From the NCBI GenBank assembly GCA_030141605.1, contig JAQGDQ010001462.1, positions 1 to 39,806 of the forward strand: DNA of 39,806 nt. The letters are read 5' to 3'. Source of the DNA: Tubiluchus corallicola. Lineage: Eukaryota; Animalia; Priapulida. Positions 34,523-39,806 of the stretch are shown in pieces. Each line of letters starts with the position of its first letter. The first letter of the stretch is position 1. The translations under genes were made by a program, and so were the position numbers. Below the pieces are notes generated by a model. It was not told where the DNA came from and ran no database searches. It saw only the letters and a list, made by a program, of their open reading frames with translations.

Positions 34523-34979
34523 CCCTTTCAGTCCCAAATTATTGTTTTAATAAGAAAAATTTTTTGGCTTGGTACTTTTGTTCAGTATGTCCATCTTGTT
34601 TACACATAATAATTGTTTTTTTCTACCTGTGCCCGTGTGCTAAATATAGCCTGTATCCCACGGGATACATTGGGATTCAATGGAAATATAAAATGTGCTT
34701 CATTTTGCAACTGCTGATAATTTTTTAAAGTATTTAAGACATTTAGTATGCATGCTATGCTGATCTGTACAAAGTCATCTCTAAAGTACTGTACCTTGCG
34801 TAGTTTTTATGCTATGTAGATTTTCTAGTTTGCCATTTTATCACCATTTTAGTCTATTGTTATTGGCTTAAATCAAAATAACTATTAACAGATCAAATAA
34901 ATGTCAGTTTTAAAATTTTATTAATTTTAAAGGCGGAAAATATTCTCGTAACCCACGGGATACAATGGGTATGAAAGGG
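34523..34979 (+). mobile_element. piggyBac-like MITE, copy 3
   Basis: TTAA at 34519-34522 and 34980-34983. The flanks match the reverse complement of about 32615-32790, which has a single TTAA (empty site). Confidence 0.92.
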
Positions 34980-35124
34980 TTAACATAATTTGCAATTGGT
35001 GAAGTAATTTTTTTAACAAATACAAGCATGTCGTACCATTCTGAAGTTGTTCAGTTTTGCAAATTCTTATTAAAGTATTTACTAATAAAACAACGTAACT
35101 TTTATTAAAAATTTTAATTTACAA

Positions 35125-35191
35125 TTGTCTAAAAAGAAGTCCAATCGTTTCGACAGCAATCAGCTGTCATCATCAGTGGTACATTAGACAA
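35125..35191 (-). ncRNA. Type I hammerhead ribozyme-like motif (minimal, Penelope type)
   Basis: TTGTCTAA-tgta-CCA CTGATGA t GACAGC tgatt GCTGTC GAAA cgat TGG-acttcttt-TTAGACAA: conserved core, 6-bp helix II and bulged helix I; helix III and cleavage triplet are atypical. Confidence 0.65.
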
Positions 35192-35495
35192 ACAACAACC
35201 AGTTTATATAGGCAGAGCCTACAGTATCGAATTTTAAGCACTAATTATGTATTTACAAAGAAGCCAAAGTAATGAACAAACAGACCTATGGAAAAGAAAT
35301 AGATACAATAACAGATTCATAGCTAAGCGTTTGAATCCATTTCTGTTAATTTTCAAACCCTTAGCTACAGATCTGTTACTGTGTGTATTTCTTTTCTACA
35401 GGTCTGGCTTCTTATTACTCTGGCTTCTTTTTAAATACATAATTAGCGCATAATTCTCTATACTGTAGGCTCTGCCTATATAAACTGGTTGTTGT

Positions 35496-35562
35496 TTGTC
35501 TAGTGTACCACTGATGATGACAGCTAATTGCTGTCGAAACGATTGGGCATGTTTTTAAACAA
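35496..35562 (+). ncRNA. Type I hammerhead ribozyme-like motif (minimal, Penelope type), second arm
   Basis: CCA CTGATGA t GACAGC taatt GCTGTC GAAA cgat TGG; CTGATGA at 35511-35517 and GAAA at 35536-35539. Confidence 0.65.
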
Positions 35563-35718
35563 TTGTAAATTAAAATTTTTAATAAAAGACGCTTTGAAGT
35601 GCCTGTATAAATTATTTTCAGTTGTTAAATATTGAAAAGAGAACTAAAAAGTACTTTTCACAGAAAAACCGTCGAATAGTGCCTATTAATGCTATTATTA
35701 TTATTATTATTATTATTA

Positions 35719-36353
35719 GGTTTTACATGTCAAATGTAGACCTACGTTAACTCAAATGTAGACTTAGGTAGTTCAAATGTGTTAACAATGGTTTTCAAGA
35801 AATCTTAAGCGTTTTTGGCAAGTCAAATGTAGACACATGTCAAGTCAAATGTGACATTGGTATCTCAAATGTGGATAGGTGGTAAAGTTTAAGGATGTTA
35901 AATTTAATCTTCTTTAATTTCAATTTAATAATTGCTCCTAAGTTAAAATAACAACGTTATAGGCCTACTAATAGATGCGCTATCTTTGGTTTATCTTTTT
36001 CTAATTTGCACTTAAATAACTTAATTACCGATTTATTCAAAGTAATGCATCTACATTTGACTTACCTAAGTCACATTTGAGTTACCAAAACACATTCAAA
36101 ATTCCTATGTCTACATTTGACTTACCTAAGTCACATTTGAGTTACCAAAACACGTTCAAAATTCCTAAATCTACATTTGACTTACCCAAGTCACATTTGA
36201 GTTACCAAAACACATTCGAAATTCTTATGTCTACATTTGAGTTACCCAAGTCACATTTGAGTTACCAAAACACATTCGAAATTCTTATGTCTACATTTGA
36301 CTTACCTAAGTCACATTTGAACTTTCCTGCGTCTACATTTGACGTGCAAAACC
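35719..36353. mobile_element. Element with inverted subterminal TCAAATGT arrays, copy 2 (complete, TA-flanked)
   Basis: TA|GGTTTTACATGTCAAATGTAGAC ... GTCTACATTTGACGTGCAAAACC|TA; 60-bp tandem units at about 36050-36320. Confidence 0.82.
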
Positions 36354-36599
36354 TATATGTTTAGTATCAGTTGACAAAAATTAAGTCAAAGAACAAATTA
36401 ACAGCAAGAAAAACATTTTTTAATAACATAAATAACAATTACACTTGACATTATAAATTACAGTTGAATGATTAGGTTTCAACGCTAATTTTTTTCATTA
36501 AGTAGACGTACTTCAACCCTAATAAACGTTTAGCATCACAGGCTTAATAAAAAGTTAAGATGTTCTTAGTGAAATGATCGTGTGTGTAAGTCCAAGCAG

Positions 36600-36994
36600 T
36601 AAACCTTTTGACAGATGCGTTGTGCACACGCACAGTTGCTGCAGGTCAAAGGTTATGTGTACCGCAGCAACGCGTCTTAACTGCAACCGCCACGTGACAT
36701 ATGTGTAAAGCAAAGTAATCGGCCGCATCAGTTCAGTAACGTCAGTTGTTTTATGTGGACTTTATTTAACTTTTATGTATTAGTCTCTGCATAGAGTGAT
36801 TTACTACCAGAATCTTGATGGATAACAAAAAAAATGAACTAGGTAAGGATCTATAGCTAGCTGTTAAAACTGTTACTATTACAATAGCCTGGGCTGCGAG
36901 GCAATGTCAAGTGTACACAAATATGTTGTCTTGTACACTTAGTCATCGACCTTTTCACGATCATCATCAATCGCTGGAACAGTGAAAAGGCTTA
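36600..36994 (+). mobile_element. Long-TIR MITE family, internally deleted copy
   Basis: Colinear with 18583-18945, then jumps to the terminal GTGAAAAGGCTTA. Confidence 0.8.
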
Positions 36995-37269
36995 TTTATA
37001 ACGCGCATCGCACGCGGACGACATTGTTTTTATAACATCCAGACGCAGCCACCCGATAAACCACTTATTTTCCCTTTAGTACGTGGCACATTTTCACAGG
37101 CTTACAGTATTACCATAGCTTGAAAGTCTTTCGTAGATCTAAAATGAATGTTCGTCTCAAGCCCTCGCTGACTCTTTGTATCCCAGATATCCCCTCTTTC
37201 TACTAGTCCTAAACCTGGATACTTTCTTTGACGAGCAAAAGAGTAATCTTAGACTACACAGTAATCAGA

Positions 37270-38784
37270 TTAACCAAAGAGCTTTTCCACACAAGAGCGT
37301 TTGCATGTTAATATAGCTCTAAACGCCTTTCTAAACTCTCTGTTGTTTAGAGCATAAATCACTGGGTTCATGCTACTGTTAATATAGCCAAGGTAAATAA
37401 CGGCTTTTGACACCCATTGACTGGGTACAAAAGTGGGGATGAACGGATGCACGGTGTAGATGAGGTAGAAAGGAAACCAACAAATGCAAAAGCAACCCAT
37501 GATGATGCCCAGCGTCTTGGCTGCTTTGTACTGACTTTTAGTCTGTTTCATTTGCTGTTCCCTCATTTTCACTAGAGGACTGGAGGCGGTGATGGATGAC
37601 TTTTCGGAAGACTTCACTGGAAGTTGAGATGAGTGAATATTGACATTTTTCAGCACCGGTTTGGAGTCCAGAAGTGGCGGCTCAAATGCTGTCTGTGGCG
37701 GTGGCAGAGGCACTTGTAGTAGACTGTTGTGGACAGAGGAAGATCGTTTTACCTGTGGTAACTGATGAGATGTTTTATCATTTGTGACAGTTGTTGCTGA
37801 GGACGACGGAAGTTTCGTGGTCAGAGACGTTGAACGTTGTATTTCCGGTGCTACTGTAGTTAGGTGGTACACGTCGTTGGCAGAAAAGGAGGTTATTCGA
37901 TGCTTTTCAACAGGTGGAGGGGAATCCACCTGATTTGGAAGCCTGAAAGACGAGTCATTAGTGGCCAGTTTCTTGCTGCTTGTAAGTTCATTGTAGGTGT
38001 CTGTGACAATCGCCACACCTGGTGTGTGGGGTTGCGGAGAACTGGAGTCCGGTGACTCGGTCACTGCATTTTCTGCTAACTGCATTGTTGTAATACTGCT
38101 TTCGTAGATATGCATTGTTAATGCATTGATTCGTCGTGCCTGCGCACGCGCAATGCGAAACATTTGGTAATAAATCACAGACATGATAGTCAAGGGAAGG
38201 TAGAAAGTTAATAACGAAGTAACGAGTGCATAAGCGGGTGAATTGATGAAATAACACTGGGGATCCAAGATGGCAGGTCCTTTTATCGTCTCGTCTTCGT
38301 TGACTCTCAACTGTACCGGCAGAAATGCAAAACAGAGACTTGCAACCCACGCGGACACGATGAGACAACACACTTTCTTTTCTGTCATGATCTGATCGTA
38401 ATGTAACGACATCATCACAGCCATGTATCTGTCTACAGATATCATGCAAATGTGCAGAATTGAGCTGGTACAGCACATAATGTCTAAAGATATCCAGATG
38501 CTACACATGCTTTCGGATATTGGCCAGTAGTTGTAGATTTCATACACTGCGGCGATGACCATGACGAAGCTGCCAACGATCAGATCCGCTATTGCCAGGC
38601 TAACTATAAAATAGTTGCTTTTGGTACGCAACTGCTCGAATGTCAGCACACTAATGATGACCAACATGTTTCCTATTATTGTTAAAATGGAAAACAATAA
38701 CAACATTCCACACGTGACAATGTCCACTGGTGATATGTCATATCTTCTTTGGAGCGATGCCAGGTAATCCTCTGATCTTGGCAT
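37270..38784 (-). CDS. Intronless class A biogenic amine GPCR (D1-like / beta-type octopamine-adrenergic / 5-HT4 / H2 neighbourhood; ligand unassigned)
   Basis: 504 aa, 7 TM: GNMLVI, SLAIADL, TM3 Asp in SLDIMCCTSSILH, DRY, FYLP, KAAKTLGIIMG, CWFPF, NPVIY, helix 8 FRKAF plus Cys; long S/T/P-rich ICL3. Confidence 0.95.
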   Translation of the reverse strand: MPRSEDYLASLQRRYDISPVDIVTCGMLLLFSILTIIGNMLVIISVLTFEQLRTKSNYFIVSLAIADLIVGSFVMVIAAVYEIYNYWPISESMCSIWISLDIMCCTSSILHICMISVDRYMAVMMSLHYDQIMTEKKVCCLIVSAWVASLCFAFLPVQLRVNEDETIKGPAILDPQCYFINSPAYALVTSLLTFYLPLTIMSVIYYQMFRIARAQARRINALTMHIYESSITTMQLAENAVTESPDSSSPQPHTPGVAIVTDTYNELTSSKKLATNDSSFRLPNQVDSPPPVEKHRITSFSANDVYHLTTVAPEIQRSTSLTTKLPSSSATTVTNDKTSHQLPQVKRSSSVHNSLLQVPLPPPQTAFEPPLLDSKPVLKNVNIHSSQLPVKSSEKSSITASSPLVKMREQQMKQTKSQYKAAKTLGIIMGCFCICWFPFYLIYTVHPFIPTFVPSQWVSKAVIYLGYINSSMNPVIYALNNREFRKAFRAILTCKRSCVEKLFG

Positions 38785-39048
38785 GTCGTTGGAGTCTTCC
38801 CACTTGGATTTCAGGGACTCCGTTCAGAATGATGTATTATGATAAAACCAGAAGCAGATTCTTGTTGTATGTCTTCTGCCATCATTGTTACTGGAACGTA
38901 TTAATAAATGCAATTAATAATAATGACAATAAGAAGGTATATGATAATGGAAATTGTAAAACATCCATAAAACATCCACAGAAATAATCACAGTGATAAT
39001 AAAAGCCACGTCAGCTGTCGCAACGCAAAAGTTTCCAGTATGTTAATA

Positions 39049-39278
39049 ATAGTAGTAGTAGTGATAATGGTAATGGTAATGGTAATGGTAATGGTAATGG
39101 TAATGGTAATGGTAATGGTAATGGTAATGGTAATGGTAATGGTAATGGTAATGGTAATGGTAATGGTAATGGTAATGATAATGCTAACAACAACAACAAC
39201 AATGTTGCTGATATTGCAGTTGTTGTTGTTGATGTTAGATCATCGTCGTCGGCGGCGGCGGCGGTGTCAGCGTCGGCG

Positions 39279-39326
<48 letters not shown>

Positions 39327-39428
39327 ATCATCAATCATCAATCATCAATCATCAATCATCCATCATCCATCATCCATCATCAATCATCAATCATCAATCA
39401 TCATCATCATCATCATTATTATTATTAT
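39049..39428. repeat. Compound microsatellite block: (GGTAAT)n, (AAC)n, (GTT)n, (GGC)n, (CAT)n, (CATCAAT)n
   Basis: Directly visible; ORFs 39011..39334 and 39040..39432 are translations of it. Confidence 0.95.
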
Positions 39429-39806
39429 ATAGATAAATAAAACAATGTTAAAGAAAGGATTTATGACAACAAAATTACAGTATACAATTTATATGAATAA
39501 TATAATGATAATATTTTGAGGTAAATGCTTTTCAGGACGAATAATTAAAGGAGATTGCAAACGTTTAAGACGAAATCTCGTTTTAACGGACACCGGTAAA
39601 GCAAGTTTTCGCTTATAATGGACTGTGTTCGCTTGTCTTGTTGTAACAGAAAGATCCGTTATGCAGACGGCATAGGTGGGTTCCGTAGTCCGTAGGTGAT
39701 CTGTAGCTGTGACTGAATCTTATGTGAGTTTACTGTTTGTTTTCACCAAGAACACGTGTGTTTTATACGGGTATCACCCAGTTACTGAAATTATTATTGG
39801 CTCTCT

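Larger units (their letters stand above)
35094..35591. mobile_element. ~500-bp imperfect palindrome; probable inverted pair of Penelope-like pseudo-LTRs
   Basis: Arms of ~240 bp around a ~15-nt loop (35336-35350); each arm read outward has TATATAAA, a hammerhead-like core and AATAAA. Confidence 0.75.

Noticed and set aside
39011-39432. Poly-D/LP and MV/poly-H ORFs
   Set aside because: Translations of a compound microsatellite.

Overview
AT-rich, repeat-dense animal (probably invertebrate) nuclear DNA with spliceosomal introns; there is no prokaryotic gene organisation and no CRISPR array. Host genes: (1) a head-to-head pair of NAT16/histidine-N-acetyltransferase-like GNAT paralogues that the ORF track only partly shows. 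The + copy is complete (exons 6410-6423, 8919-9066, 10557-10799, 11586-12182; 333 aa ending in the PTS1-like tripeptide AKL). The - copy (4955-4968, 3342-3489, 496-729) runs off the left edge. (2) An intronless 3-Ig-domain type I membrane protein (16871-18334). (3) An intronless aminergic class A GPCR (37270-38784, -). Mobile DNA: a near-full-length but disabled CR1/L2-group LINE (about 21040-25485), several LINE 3' fragments, a 5S-rRNA-headed SINE with a bipartite RTE-derived body (30266-30805, -), and several non-autonomous DNA transposon families (piggyBac-like, Kolobok-like, hAT-like, foldback types), some nested. The most unusual items are a ~500-bp palindrome carrying a hammerhead-ribozyme-like motif in each arm (35094-35591), the 5S/RTE chimeric SINE, and a 12-copy 52-bp array that reiterates the stop codon and PTS1-coding tail of the GNAT gene. 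All family assignments come from motif recognition by eye; no database search was run.
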